Assembly: GCA_902523125.1 (NCBI GenBank)
Contig: CABYYA010000004.1
Span: 3,421-67,420 of the forward strand
DNA: 64,000 bases
Direction of reading: 5' to 3'
From: an uncultured Pelagibacteraceae bacterium
Lineage (GTDB): Bacteria > Pseudomonadota > Alphaproteobacteria > Pelagibacterales > Pelagibacteraceae
The translations under genes and the position numbers were made by a program. Positions 25,453 to 35,581 of this stretch are shown here, in pieces. Position 1 is the first letter of the stretch. Each line of letters starts with the position of its first letter. The notes beneath the pieces are model-generated. The model saw only the letters and a list, made by a program, of their open reading frames with translations, did no database searches and was not told the DNA's origin.

Positions 25453-25475
25453 AAAATGATATATTAATATGATAT

Positions 25476-25552
25476 GCGCTTGTAGCTCAACTGGATAGAG
25501 CGCCTGACTTCGGATCAGGAGGTTCTGGGTTCGACTCCTAGCAGGCGCACCA
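25476..25552 (+). tRNA. tRNA-Arg (anticodon UCG)
   Basis: Acceptor stem GCGCTTG/CAGGCGC, D loop with TGGATAG, anticodon arm CCTGA-CT-TCG-GA-TCAGG, GTTCGAC T loop, encoded CCA. Confidence 0.95.
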
Positions 25553-25553
25553 A

Positions 25554-26345
25554 TTATTCACCCATATTTATTAATGTCCCTTTTATTCTCGCTTTTAAAA
25601 AAGATAGATAAAACAATCCTATTCCAAAAATTAAATAAATTAAATTTAATAAATAAGCTTGTTTTATATTTTCATAATCTACTATACCATTTATCAAAAT
25701 ATTTCTTGTTTCATCAAAAATGTAGACTAGTGGTAAGCCCTTTGCAATTATTTGGAAAAATTCAGGGAGGATATCTATTGGATAGTAGATACAGCCTAGT
25801 GGCGCAAGTAAAAATAATGATGACCAGGCTATATTTTCAAAGGATGGTCCGAATCTCATTAAACCTGAGCTGACAAATAAACCCAGTGTAATTCCAAATA
25901 TATATAAACTTAGAAATAATATAAGTAGTGGAAAACCCAATTTTAAAATTGAAACTCCAAACAATGGAGATGTTAAAATTATTGCAGGTACTAAACCAAT
26001 TAATGTTCTTATTAAAGCGGTAAAAATTAATGATATGATTATTTCTTTGAGCTTTAATGGAGCGATAAATAAATTTGTAAAATTTCTACTCCAGATTTCC
26101 TCTAAAAAAAGCATATTAAAACTTATGCTAGACCTAAAAAGAATGTCGTAAAGAATTGCGCATGTAAGAATTATTCCAAGTGTATTATTGTAGTAATCAC
26201 TATAAATTGAAAAAAATTTGGAAATAAAACCCCAAAGAATAATTTGTATTGTTGGCCAATAAATCAAATCTAAAACTCTTGGCAAAGAACCTTTGATTAA
26301 ATAAAAGTGTCTTAAAAAAAGGCCATACATTTTATTTAAATTCAT
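25554..26345 (-). CDS. ABC-2 type transporter permease
   Basis: About six hydrophobic segments; YYPIDILP motif; coupled to the adjacent ATPase. Confidence 0.88.
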   Translation of the reverse strand: MNLNKMYGLFLRHFYLIKGSLPRVLDLIYWPTIQIILWGFISKFFSIYSDYYNNTLGIILTCAILYDILFRSSISFNMLFLEEIWSRNFTNLFIAPLKLKEIIISLIFTALIRTLIGLVPAIILTSPLFGVSILKLGFPLLILFLSLYIFGITLGLFVSSGLMRFGPSFENIAWSSLFLLAPLGCIYYPIDILPEFFQIIAKGLPLVYIFDETRNILINGIVDYENIKQAYLLNLIYLIFGIGLFYLSFLKARIKGTLINMGE

Positions 26346-27070
26346 ATTAAATCTCTTGTAAGTTTTAAAAAAACTTCCTCCATATTTTTACGCCCGTGTT
26401 TTTTTATTAATTCCCCAGGGGTTCCTTGATCAATAATAGATCCTTTATTCATCATAAGCACCGAGGAACATAGTCTTTCAACTTCAGACATGTTATGTGA
26501 AGCAAGGAGAATAGAAGTTTCTTTTTCTTTTTGGTATTCTTCTAAAAAACTTCTAACAAAATCTCCTGTTTCAGGATCTAAAGATGCAGTTGGTTCATCA
26601 AGAAGAAGAACTGATGGATCATTAATTATAGATTTAGCTAGACTGACCCTATTTTTTTGACCAGAGGAAAGTTCTCCTGTTATTTTATTAATGAATTCAT
26701 TAAGCCTTAATTTTTCACAAAGATAATCAATTTTGACTTCAAGTTCTTTTACATCATAAAGTCTTCCATAAACTTCTAGATTCTGCTTTACGGTCAATTT
26801 TTTTGGTAGTTCAATATATGGTGAAATAAAATTTAATTTATTCAACAATTCAACTCTTTGTTTTTCAATTTCAACGCCATTTATTAAAACCTTTCCTTTA
26901 GTAGGTTTAAGTAAGCCAAGGATCATACCTATTGTTGTAGTTTTACCACATCCATTAGGTCCAAGAATTCCAATAATTTCATTTTCATTTACTTTGAAAG
27001 AAATATTCTGAACAGCTTCTTTTGAATCATAAGTTTTTGATAGATTAATTATTTCAAGAGGAATAGTCAT
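26342..27070 (-). CDS. ABC transporter ATP-binding protein
   Basis: GPNGCGKTT, LSSGQ and LLDEPT motifs. Confidence 0.93.
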   Translation of the reverse strand: MTIPLEIINLSKTYDSKEAVQNISFKVNENEIIGILGPNGCGKTTTIGMILGLLKPTKGKVLINGVEIEKQRVELLNKLNFISPYIELPKKLTVKQNLEVYGRLYDVKELEVKIDYLCEKLRLNEFINKITGELSSGQKNRVSLAKSIINDPSVLLLDEPTASLDPETGDFVRSFLEEYQKEKETSILLASHNMSEVERLCSSVLMMNKGSIIDQGTPGELIKKHGRKNMEEVFLKLTRDLI

Positions 27071-28002
27071 TAAAATTTTGAAGCCCTTAATAATCTATCA
27101 TTAATAGTTTTGCCGATTCCTATATTTGGGATTTTTTCTACAGCTATAGATTTGTAATTATCTTTTTTTATTATTCTTAAAATAGTGTAGAGATTTTTTG
27201 CAGCTTCTTTTAAATCACCTTTTTTTGATAAAAAATAATAGTTCGTTTTGTTAATCTTACTTTTTTTAATTAGTAAAAAAGCCTCATCTTTTTTTATTTT
27301 TTTAACATTGAGTCTAATCGGGACTCCGGGTGAATAATGGATTCTTAATTGTCCAGGGGCTGAAATCTTGGAAGGATTTGTATTTATTGAAATTTTTTTC
27401 TTCAATATCTTTTGGATAATCCCAACTTCTAAACCACCTAATCTTAAAATTTTTGGTTTTTTTCTGAGATCAATAATTGTAGACTCAACTCCAACCGAAG
27501 ATCTTCCACCTTCAAGTATATACTTAATTTTTTCTCCAAAATCGTCTTTTACATCTGAAGAAGTCACCGCACTAATCCTTGAAGAAATATTTGCACTAGG
27601 TGCTGCGATAGGAAATTTTAAATGTTTCAATAGAACTCTTGCCACAGGATGTTTTGGAAATCTTACTGCAAGAGTATTTTTTTTATTTGTTGCAACTTTC
27701 GAAATTTTTGATTTTTTTTTTTGATTTAAGATAAATGTTATTGGCCCAGGACAAAATCTTTTATATAATTTTAGAAAATCATCATTTAAATCACAATCAT
27801 CTTTTAATTTTTTTAAATCATAATAATGAATAATCAGAGGATTATTCGTTGGTCTTTTTTTTAATCTAAATATTTTTTTACACGCTGTATCAGAATATGC
27901 ATTCCCAGCAATTCCATAAACAGTTTCGGTAGGTATAGCAACACACTCTCTTTTATTTAAGAGATTCCTGGCTTTTTTAATATTTGCAAGATTAATTTTC
28001 AT
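27070..28002 (-). CDS. sua5: Threonylcarbamoyl-AMP synthase (Sua5 type)
   Basis: PTETVYG, KKRPTNNPLI and APSANIS motifs, plus a C-terminal Sua5 domain (APGQ..HYSP, DRL.RA). Confidence 0.93.
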   Translation of the reverse strand: MKINLANIKKARNLLNKRECVAIPTETVYGIAGNAYSDTACKKIFRLKKRPTNNPLIIHYYDLKKLKDDCDLNDDFLKLYKRFCPGPITFILNQKKKSKISKVATNKKNTLAVRFPKHPVARVLLKHLKFPIAAPSANISSRISAVTSSDVKDDFGEKIKYILEGGRSSVGVESTIIDLRKKPKILRLGGLEVGIIQKILKKKISINTNPSKISAPGQLRIHYSPGVPIRLNVKKIKKDEAFLLIKKSKINKTNYYFLSKKGDLKEAAKNLYTILRIIKKDNYKSIAVEKIPNIGIGKTINDRLLRASKF

Positions 28003-28022
28003 GTATTATTTGAGAGTATTAT

Positions 28023-28277
28023 ATGAAAGATAAAAATTTACCAAATGATTATAATTCATTATCTCTTGAGGAATTAACCATTGAGGCAAATAAGATGATT
28101 GAAGAATTAGAAAATCAAAAGGATTTAAGAAACTCTTTAGACAAATATCAAGATTTAATTAAACTCAATAATCTAATTGAGAAAAAATTTCAAAAAAACA
28201 TTAAAGAAATAAATGAGAAAACAAAAGAAAAGATATCCAAGATTAATCAAAAAAACTATGCAAAAAAAATTAAATAA
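28023..28277 (+). CDS. xseB: Exodeoxyribonuclease VII small subunit (divergent)
   Basis: Small helical protein in the conserved xseB-ispA-dxs order. Confidence 0.65.
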   Translation: MKDKNLPNDYNSLSLEELTIEANKMIEELENQKDLRNSLDKYQDLIKLNNLIEKKFQKNIKEINEKTKEKISKINQKNYAKKIK

Positions 28278-29130
28278 AATTGCAAATGATACAAATTTGT
28301 TTTTAAGAAAATTTATTGCCAAACAAAAAAAATCAAATTTAATAGTTGCAATGAAATACGGTCTTTTTTCTGGAGGAAAAAAAATAAGATCAAAAATTTT
28401 AATTGATGTTGGTTCTCTATTTAAATTAGATTATAAAACACTTATCGTAATTGGTGCTGCAATTGAATGTATTCATTCGTACTCACTAATACATGATGAC
28501 TTACCATGTATGGATGATGACTCTATAAGAAGAGGCAAACCATCAGCGCATATTAAATTTGGAGAAGCTACCGCAGTTTTAGCTGGAAATTCACTTTTAA
28601 CAATGGCTTTTGAAATTTTAAGTCATAAAGACCTAAGAATTCATGAAAAAACTAAGATTGATTTGATTAATAAAATTTCTGAAAGCTCAGGCCATCTTGG
28701 AATAGCAGGAGGACAATATTTAGATTTAAACTATGAACGTAAGAAAATTTCTCAAAAAAAGATTGAGGAGATGGAAATTAAAAAAACTGGAAAACTTTTT
28801 AGTTTTTGTTGCGCAGCACCGCTAATAATTAAGAAAAAAAACAAAAATGATATTAAGAAATTTGAAAATATTGGTGCTGACATAGGTTTGTTATTTCAGG
28901 TCGCTGATGATTTGATTGATTATAAAGGAAGTTTGCTTGTTGCTGGAAAAAAAACTGGTAAGGATAAAAAAAAAGGAAAAGCAACTCTAATTAGTTTACT
29001 AGGATACAAAAATACTATTAAATATGCTAATAATTTAATTTTGGGAATAAATAGTAAATTAAAAAAATATGGATCTAAATCAAGAAATTTGTCTGAAACA
29101 TTAAATTATATTTTGAATAGAAATAAATGA
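28258..29130 (+). CDS. ispA: Farnesyl/geranyl diphosphate synthase
   Basis: [21 protein letters not shown] and QVADD motifs; start moved to ATG 28258. Confidence 0.93.
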   Translation: MQKKLNKIANDTNLFLRKFIAKQKKSNLIVAMKYGLFSGGKKIRSKILIDVGSLFKLDYKTLIVIGAAIECIHSYSLIHDDLPCMDDDSIRRGKPSAHIKFGEATAVLAGNSLLTMAFEILSHKDLRIHEKTKIDLINKISESSGHLGIAGGQYLDLNYERKKISQKKIEEMEIKKTGKLFSFCCAAPLIIKKKNKNDIKKFENIGADIGLLFQVADDLIDYKGSLLVAGKKTGKDKKKGKATLISLLGYKNTIKYANNLILGINSKLKKYGSKSRNLSETLNYILNRNK

Positions 29131-31040
29131 AAAAAAAATATGAACTATTAGATAAAATTAATTTTCCATCAGATTTAAAAAAATTACCTGAGTCAAAATT
29201 ACAAAAAGTTGCTGATGAATTAAGAGAGGAAATGATTGATGCTGTATCAGTGACTGGTGGTCATCTTGGAGCAAGTCTTGGAGTTGTAGAATTAACCGTC
29301 GCTTTACATTATATTTTTAATACACCCAATGATAAGTTAATCTGGGATGTGGGTCATCAGTGTTATCCACATAAAATTTTAACAGGCAGAAAAGATAGAA
29401 TAAGAACTCTAAGACAAGGAAATGGTCTTTCTGGTTTTACAAAAAGATCAGAGAGTGAATATGATCCATTTGGTGCAGCACACAGCTCAACATCAATTTC
29501 ATCAGCGCTAGGTATAGCAGAAGCAAACAAACTGTCTAATAAATCAGATAATGTAATTGCAGTAATTGGTGATGGGGCGATCAGTGCAGGAATGGCTTAT
29601 GAAGCTATGAATAATGCTGGGGCCTCAAAAACTAAGATGATCGTAATTTTAAATGATAATGATATGTCAATTGCTAGACCGGTAGGAGCAATGAGCACTT
29701 ATTTAGCAAAAATTTTTTCAGGAAAGATTTATTTTAGTTTAAGAGAGACTATTAAATTAATTATGTCAGCTTTTTCAAAAAGATTTAGTGCTAAGGCTGG
29801 TAAAGCAGAAGATTTACTTCGATCAGCTGTGACAGGTGGAACTTTGTTCAGTTCACTCGGATTTTATTACATTGGCCCAATAGACGGTCATGATTTGAAT
29901 TCATTAATTCCAATTTTAAAAAATGTTAGAGACTCTAAGCATGAAGGACCAATTTTAATTCACATTAAATCAAAAAAAGGAAAAGGTTATACTTTCGCAG
30001 AGGAGGCAAAGGACAATTATCATGGAGTATCAAAATTTAATGTAAAAACTGGTGAACAACTTAAGAGTGCAAGTAAATTACCATCGTATACGAAGGTTTT
30101 CGCAAACACCTTAATTCAACATGCTAAAAAGGACAGTAAAATTGTAGCTATCACAGCTGCAATGCCCGATGGCACTGGTCTTGATATTTTTCGTAAAGAA
30201 TTTCCAGATAGGACTTTTGATGTTGGGATAGCAGAGCAACATGCGGTTACATTTGCCGCAGGTTTAGCTACCGAAAACTTTAAACCCTATGCAGCTATTT
30301 ATTCCACTTTTCTTCAAAGAGCTTATGATCAAGTAGTCCATGACGTAGCAATTCAAAGTTTACCGGTTAGATTCGCAATAGATAGAGCGGGACTTGTTGG
30401 GGCCGATGGACCAACACATGCTGGAAGTTTTGATACAACATATTTAACTACTTTACCAAATTTTATTGTCATGGCAGCAAGTGACGAAGCTGAGCTAGTA
30501 AGAATGATAAATACATCAACCGAGATTAATGATAGACCTTGCGCATTTAGGTATCCAAGAGGAACAGGATTGGGTTTAAATTTGCCTTCAATAAATGAAA
30601 AAATTGAGATAGGGAAATCAAAAATTATCAAAGAGGGAAAAAAATTAGCTATCCTTAATTTTGGAGCTAGATTGAATGAAACTTTGAAGGCTGCAGAAAA
30701 TTTGTCAAAAAAAGGTGTGCTAATAACAGTTGTTGATGCAAGATTTGCAAAACCTTTAGACGAAAATCTTATTTGGCAATTAGCTACAACTCATGAAGCG
30801 ATCATGACTATTGAGGAGGGTTCAATCGGTGGTTTTGGATCTCATGTGGTAAATTTTTTGACAAAAAAAGGGTTAATGGACTCTAATTTAAAATTTAGAT
30901 CATTAACGTTACCAGATATTTTTATTGATCAAGATACTCCAGACAAAATGTATAAAGTGGCAAATCTTGATTCAGTTTCAATTGAGGAAAAAGTTTTAGA
31001 TTTACTAAATTCCAATATAGTTTTGAAAAAACAAAATTAA
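29127..31040 (+). CDS. dxs: 1-deoxy-D-xylulose-5-phosphate synthase
   Basis: [19 protein letters not shown]...NDN and [13 protein letters not shown] motifs. Confidence 0.97.
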   Translation: MKKKYELLDKINFPSDLKKLPESKLQKVADELREEMIDAVSVTGGHLGASLGVVELTVALHYIFNTPNDKLIWDVGHQCYPHKILTGRKDRIRTLRQGNGLSGFTKRSESEYDPFGAAHSSTSISSALGIAEANKLSNKSDNVIAVIGDGAISAGMAYEAMNNAGASKTKMIVILNDNDMSIARPVGAMSTYLAKIFSGKIYFSLRETIKLIMSAFSKRFSAKAGKAEDLLRSAVTGGTLFSSLGFYYIGPIDGHDLNSLIPILKNVRDSKHEGPILIHIKSKKGKGYTFAEEAKDNYHGVSKFNVKTGEQLKSASKLPSYTKVFANTLIQHAKKDSKIVAITAAMPDGTGLDIFRKEFPDRTFDVGIAEQHAVTFAAGLATENFKPYAAIYSTFLQRAYDQVVHDVAIQSLPVRFAIDRAGLVGADGPTHAGSFDTTYLTTLPNFIVMAASDEAELVRMINTSTEINDRPCAFRYPRGTGLGLNLPSINEKIEIGKSKIIKEGKKLAILNFGARLNETLKAAENLSKKGVLITVVDARFAKPLDENLIWQLATTHEAIMTIEEGSIGGFGSHVVNFLTKKGLMDSNLKFRSLTLPDIFIDQDTPDKMYKVANLDSVSIEEKVLDLLNSNIVLKKQN

Positions 31041-32119
31041 CCACACTGAGCTTTGTGTAAAAGATAATGATCTAATAAAACACATGCCAGCATAGCTTCA
31101 CCTACAGGCACAGCTCTAATGCCCACACAAGGATCATGTCTACCTTTTACTGATATACTTGTATTCTTTCCAAATTTATTGATTGTTTTTCTACTTTTTA
31201 AAATTGAGGAAGTTGGTTTTACAGCAAAAGAAACAATTATTTCTTGACCTGAAGAAATGCCTCCCAGAATACCTCCAGCGTTATTAGATTTAAATTTTGT
31301 TTTTTTTCTATTTTGAGAAATTTCATCTGAGTTTTCCTCACCTGACAATTGAGCAGAGTTCATACCTGAGCCAATGTTGACACCTTTTACTGCATTTATA
31401 CTCATCATAGCTGACGCTATATCAGAATCTAATTTTGAATATATAGGTGCACCTAATCCAGCGGGAATACCATTTGCTCTTACTTCGATGATCGCCCCGC
31501 ATGACGATCCAGCTTTTCTAATACTTAACAAGTATTTTTCCCAAATTTTTAACATTGATTTATCTGGGCAAAAAAATGGGTTTTTAGAAATTACTTTATT
31601 ATCCCATTTATTAGTATCACATCCTAGTATTCCAAGCTGGGTTACAGCTCCGGTGATTTTAAATTTTTTTCCTAATTTATTTTCTAAAACTTTTTTTGCC
31701 ACAGCACCCGCTGCAACTCTTGTAGCTGTTTCTCTTGCAGATGATCTACCACCACCTCTGTAGTCTCTTATTCCATATTTCTTAAAATATGTAAAATCAG
31801 CATGTCCTGGTCTAAATTTATCTTTAATATCGTTATAATCCTTTGAACGCATATCCTCATTGTAAATTACTAATGATATTGGCGTCCCAGTCGTTTTTCC
31901 CTCGAAAACTCCTGAAAGAATTTTAACCTTGTCTCTCTCTTTCCTTTGAGTAGTAAATTTAGATTGCCCCGGTTTTCGTTTGTTTAATTCTTTTTGAATA
32001 TCATCTTCTTTTAATGGTATTAATGGTGGACATCCATCGATAATACAGCCAATAGCTGGACCATGGGATTCTCCCCAAGTTGTAAAACGAAAAGACTTTC
32101 CAAAAGTGTTAAATGACAT
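31037..32119 (-). CDS. aroC: Chorismate synthase
   Basis: GESHG, RPGHAD, RSSARET and GRHDPC motifs. Confidence 0.97.
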   Translation of the reverse strand: MSFNTFGKSFRFTTWGESHGPAIGCIIDGCPPLIPLKEDDIQKELNKRKPGQSKFTTQRKERDKVKILSGVFEGKTTGTPISLVIYNEDMRSKDYNDIKDKFRPGHADFTYFKKYGIRDYRGGGRSSARETATRVAAGAVAKKVLENKLGKKFKITGAVTQLGILGCDTNKWDNKVISKNPFFCPDKSMLKIWEKYLLSIRKAGSSCGAIIEVRANGIPAGLGAPIYSKLDSDIASAMMSINAVKGVNIGSGMNSAQLSGEENSDEISQNRKKTKFKSNNAGGILGGISSGQEIIVSFAVKPTSSILKSRKTINKFGKNTSISVKGRHDPCVGIRAVPVGEAMLACVLLDHYLLHKAQCG

Positions 32120-32152
32120 TATTTATATTGTATAGATTATTTTGTTAAAATT

Positions 32153-32779
32153 ATGAATCAAAAAAACTCACTTGGGCTTAATAAATGCTTCTTAGATCTA
32201 GATAATCCATTTGAATTATTTCAAAGATGGTTTGAGGAGGCTAAAAAAAAAGAAATTAATGATCCAAATGCTTTAGCACTTGGTACCGCAAACAAAGCAG
32301 GTATTCCTTCAGTAAGAATGGTTTTACTCAAAGGGCACAGTGAAAAGGGATTTGTTTTTTATACAAATTTAAATAGTCAGAAAGGAAATGAAATTAAAGA
32401 AAACCCAAGTGCTACAATGTGCTTTCATTGGAAAAGTCTACTAAGACAAATAAGGATAGTTGGAACATTGAAACAAGTAGATAATCAAACTGCTGATGAG
32501 TACTATAACTCCAGAGCATATGATAGCAGAATAGGTGCTTGGGCCTCAAAACAAAGTAGTATTCTCCAAAATAGAGATGAACTTTTAGATGCTTTAGAGA
32601 GTTATAAAAAAAAATATAATGACAAAGAAAATGTACCAAGACCAAGCCACTGGTCTGGCTGGAATTTAACACCTTCCACAATTGAATTTTGGTTAGATGG
32701 AGATAATAGAATACACGAAAGATTAAAGTATTCTTTAGATAAAAATGGTAGTTGGATAAAAAGTCTTCTAAGTCCCTAA
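32153..32779 (+). CDS. pdxH: Pyridoxamine 5'-phosphate oxidase
   Basis: RMVLLK, FYTN..SQKG and EFW...RIHER motifs. Confidence 0.95.
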   Translation: MNQKNSLGLNKCFLDLDNPFELFQRWFEEAKKKEINDPNALALGTANKAGIPSVRMVLLKGHSEKGFVFYTNLNSQKGNEIKENPSATMCFHWKSLLRQIRIVGTLKQVDNQTADEYYNSRAYDSRIGAWASKQSSILQNRDELLDALESYKKKYNDKENVPRPSHWSGWNLTPSTIEFWLDGDNRIHERLKYSLDKNGSWIKSLLSP

Positions 32780-33789
32780 AAATCTCTAGACAAACTAAAT
32801 GAAGTTAAATTTTCAAGAATATTTCTCTCATTACAATCTTTAAATATCGATAACGAGTTTGATGCTAAATTTATATAATGATTTGCTTTTTGATAACATT
32901 CTTTAATAATTTCATATTGTTTGATTAAAGATAACGTATAATTAAAGTCACTTTCATCTCTACTTTCTTTTAAAAAAATACCTTTAAGACTTTCCTTTTC
33001 TTTAAGAGTTGCTTTTTGAAATAATAATATTATTGGCAGAGTAATTTTCCCTTCATAAAAATCTTTGCCAATTTTTTTTCCAAATAATTTTGACTCAGAA
33101 TTGTAATCTAAAGTATCATCGGCTATTTGAAATGTTAATCCCAAATTCCTTCCATAAAATTCTAAAGCTTCTTTTTCTTTCGATGTCATATCTGACAAAA
33201 TTGCACCAACCTTGGTAGATGCAGCAAATAATTCAGCAGTTTTTGCAGAGATTATTCTTAAATAAGTTTCCTCCAACATATCTACCTCACCTCTATGCTG
33301 TAATTGAAGAACTTCTCCTTGAGCAATCTTTGAGGAAGTTGAGGATAATAATTTTAAGACCTCAATATTTCCATCATCTACCATCATTTCAAAACATCTG
33401 CTAAGCAAATAATCTCCAACTAAAACTGAAGAATGGTTATCCCAAACTTTGTTTAAAGTTTCTCTCCCTCTTCTGATAGATCCATTATCTATTACATCAT
33501 CATGCATTAAAGTTGCAGAGTGAATAAGTTCAACACAAGCAGCTAAATTAATATCTCTAGTTCCTTTTGAATATCCACATAATTTTGCAGAACCTAGAGT
33601 TAGTAAGGCTCTTAATCTCTTTCCACCTGTATCAAGGTGATAGTTTGTCATTTTTTGAACTAAGTCTACGTTGCTTTCTAATTTAGACTTTATTTTTTCT
33701 TCAACTAACATCAATTTATCTTCAACTGAATTTTTAAGTTGAAAATATGAATTATTAATTTTGTTTTTTAATTGTACTACACTTCCCAT
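32776..33789 (-). CDS. ispB: Long-chain polyprenyl diphosphate synthase
   Basis: GGKRLR, HDDVID...RRG and FQIADD motifs. Confidence 0.9.
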   Translation of the reverse strand: MGSVVQLKNKINNSYFQLKNSVEDKLMLVEEKIKSKLESNVDLVQKMTNYHLDTGGKRLRALLTLGSAKLCGYSKGTRDINLAACVELIHSATLMHDDVIDNGSIRRGRETLNKVWDNHSSVLVGDYLLSRCFEMMVDDGNIEVLKLLSSTSSKIAQGEVLQLQHRGEVDMLEETYLRIISAKTAELFAASTKVGAILSDMTSKEKEALEFYGRNLGLTFQIADDTLDYNSESKLFGKKIGKDFYEGKITLPIILLFQKATLKEKESLKGIFLKESRDESDFNYTLSLIKQYEIIKECYQKANHYINLASNSLSIFKDCNERNILENLTSFSLSRDF

Positions 33790-33902
33790 TAGTTCAGCAA
33801 ATTAGTATAATAAGTTGCTTTTTACACTTATCAATTGACGCACCTAAATCTTCAATTATAAGGTGTCTTTATATTCATAAAAAAATTCTATAAATATTAA
33901 AA

Positions 33903-34709
33903 ATGCTATCTTTTTTTAAAAAGAAAAAAATTATTCCACATATTAAGCTGAGTGGTGTCATTGGCAATGTAGGGAAATTTAAACAAGGTATAGATTTTTC
34001 TGGACAAGAAGAGATTATCTCAAAAGCATTTTCTGTTAAAAAAGCACCATGTGTCGCTATAACAATAAACTCTCCCGGAGGTTCTCCTGTTCAATCACAT
34101 TTAATTTATAGCCTAATCAGACAAGAAGCAAAAAAAAACAAAAAAAAAGTAATAGTTTTTGCTGAAGATGTAGCAGCTTCAGGTGGATATCTAATAGCAT
34201 GCGCTGGAGATGAAATTTATGCGAACTCAAGTTCAATAATAGGCTCGATAGGAGTAATCTACTCTTCTTTTGGTTTTACAGAATTAATAAAAAAAATAGG
34301 TGTTGAGAGAAGAGTACATACTGCTGGAAAAAATAAAAGTACGTTAGACCCATTTCTAGATGAAAAAAAAGAAGACATCGAAAGATTAAAAAAAATCCAA
34401 TTAGATTTACATAAAGATTTCATAGAAGTGGTTGAAAAAAGCAGGTCATCAAAACTTAAAAAATCTGAAGTAGAATTATTTTCAGGTGAATTTTGGTCAG
34501 GTAGAAAAGCAAAAGATCTTGGCTTGATAGATGATATAGGAAATGCAAATCAGATATTAAGAGAAAAATTTGGAGAGGATGTTGTTATTAAAAAATTCGA
34601 AAAATCAAAAAGTTGGCTTAGTAAAAAATTATCGTCTTCAAATGACCATGTCGATCAATTAGCAAATATATTCGAGGAAAAATCAGTTTGGCAGAAATAT
34701 GGCCTCTAA
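33903..34709 (+). CDS. S49 family (SppA-like) peptidase
   Basis: INSPGGS, AASGGY and GSIGV motifs. Confidence 0.92.
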   Translation: MLSFFKKKKIIPHIKLSGVIGNVGKFKQGIDFSGQEEIISKAFSVKKAPCVAITINSPGGSPVQSHLIYSLIRQEAKKNKKKVIVFAEDVAASGGYLIACAGDEIYANSSSIIGSIGVIYSSFGFTELIKKIGVERRVHTAGKNKSTLDPFLDEKKEDIERLKKIQLDLHKDFIEVVEKSRSSKLKKSEVELFSGEFWSGRKAKDLGLIDDIGNANQILREKFGEDVVIKKFEKSKSWLSKKLSSSNDHVDQLANIFEEKSVWQKYGL

Positions 34710-35580
34710 AAAGAATAAAAAAAAACCAAAATTTCAAACTTTCCAAGATACAATTATTAATCTTCAAAAGTTTTGGAGTAAAAATGGATGTGTAATTTTA
34801 CAACCTTATGATATGGAAGTTGGAGCTGGAACATTTCATCCAGCTACTACTTTAAGATCTCTTGGGCCTAAGCCATGGAAAGCAGCATATGTTCAACCTT
34901 CACGAAGACCTACAGATGGAAGATATGGAGATAATCCAAATAGACTTCAGCATTATTATCAATTTCAAGTTATAATAAAACCCTCTCCAATTAATATTAA
35001 AAAACTGTATTTAAATAGTTTGTCGGTAATAGGAATAAATCATAAAGAACACGATATTAGATTTGTTGAAGATGATTGGGAAAGCCCAACTCTAGGAGCT
35101 GCAGGTCTTGGATGGGAAGTTTGGTGTGATGGCATGGAAATATCTCAATTTACATATTTTCAACAAATGGCAGGTTTTGAATGTAAACCAGTGTCAGTGG
35201 AGATAACCTACGGCCTTGAAAGAATTTGTATGTTTACCCAGCAGAAAAAAAACGTTTATGATTTAATTTGGAATGATGAAGGTATTGATTACAGAGAAGT
35301 TTTTCATCAATCAGAAAAAGAATTTTCTGCTTATAACTTTGAGTATGCTAATACAGAAAACTTATTTAAAATATTTGACATGCATGAGAGTGAGGCAAAA
35401 TCATTAGTTGAAAAAAATATATCTTTACCTGCATACGATCAATGCTTGAAAGTAAGTCATATATTTAACATATTAGATGCTCGTGGAGCAATTAGTGTTG
35501 CGCAAAGAGCAGAATATATTAGTCGAATAAGAGAAATAACAAAACAAGCTGCTACAATTTGGGTACAGTCGCAAACATAG
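34699..35580 (+). CDS. glyQ: Glycine-tRNA ligase alpha subunit
   Basis: [16 protein letters not shown] and EITYGLER motifs. Confidence 0.98.
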   Translation: MASKKNKKKPKFQTFQDTIINLQKFWSKNGCVILQPYDMEVGAGTFHPATTLRSLGPKPWKAAYVQPSRRPTDGRYGDNPNRLQHYYQFQVIIKPSPINIKKLYLNSLSVIGINHKEHDIRFVEDDWESPTLGAAGLGWEVWCDGMEISQFTYFQQMAGFECKPVSVEITYGLERICMFTQQKKNVYDLIWNDEGIDYREVFHQSEKEFSAYNFEYANTENLFKIFDMHESEAKSLVEKNISLPAYDQCLKVSHIFNILDARGAISVAQRAEYISRIREITKQAATIWVQSQT

Positions 35581-35581
35581 A

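Noticed and set aside
25476-25560. tRNA-Arg or tRNA-Leu as an island or prophage integration site
   Set aside because: No integrase, no duplicated tRNA 3' end and no compositional shift were seen; the neighbours look like core genes.
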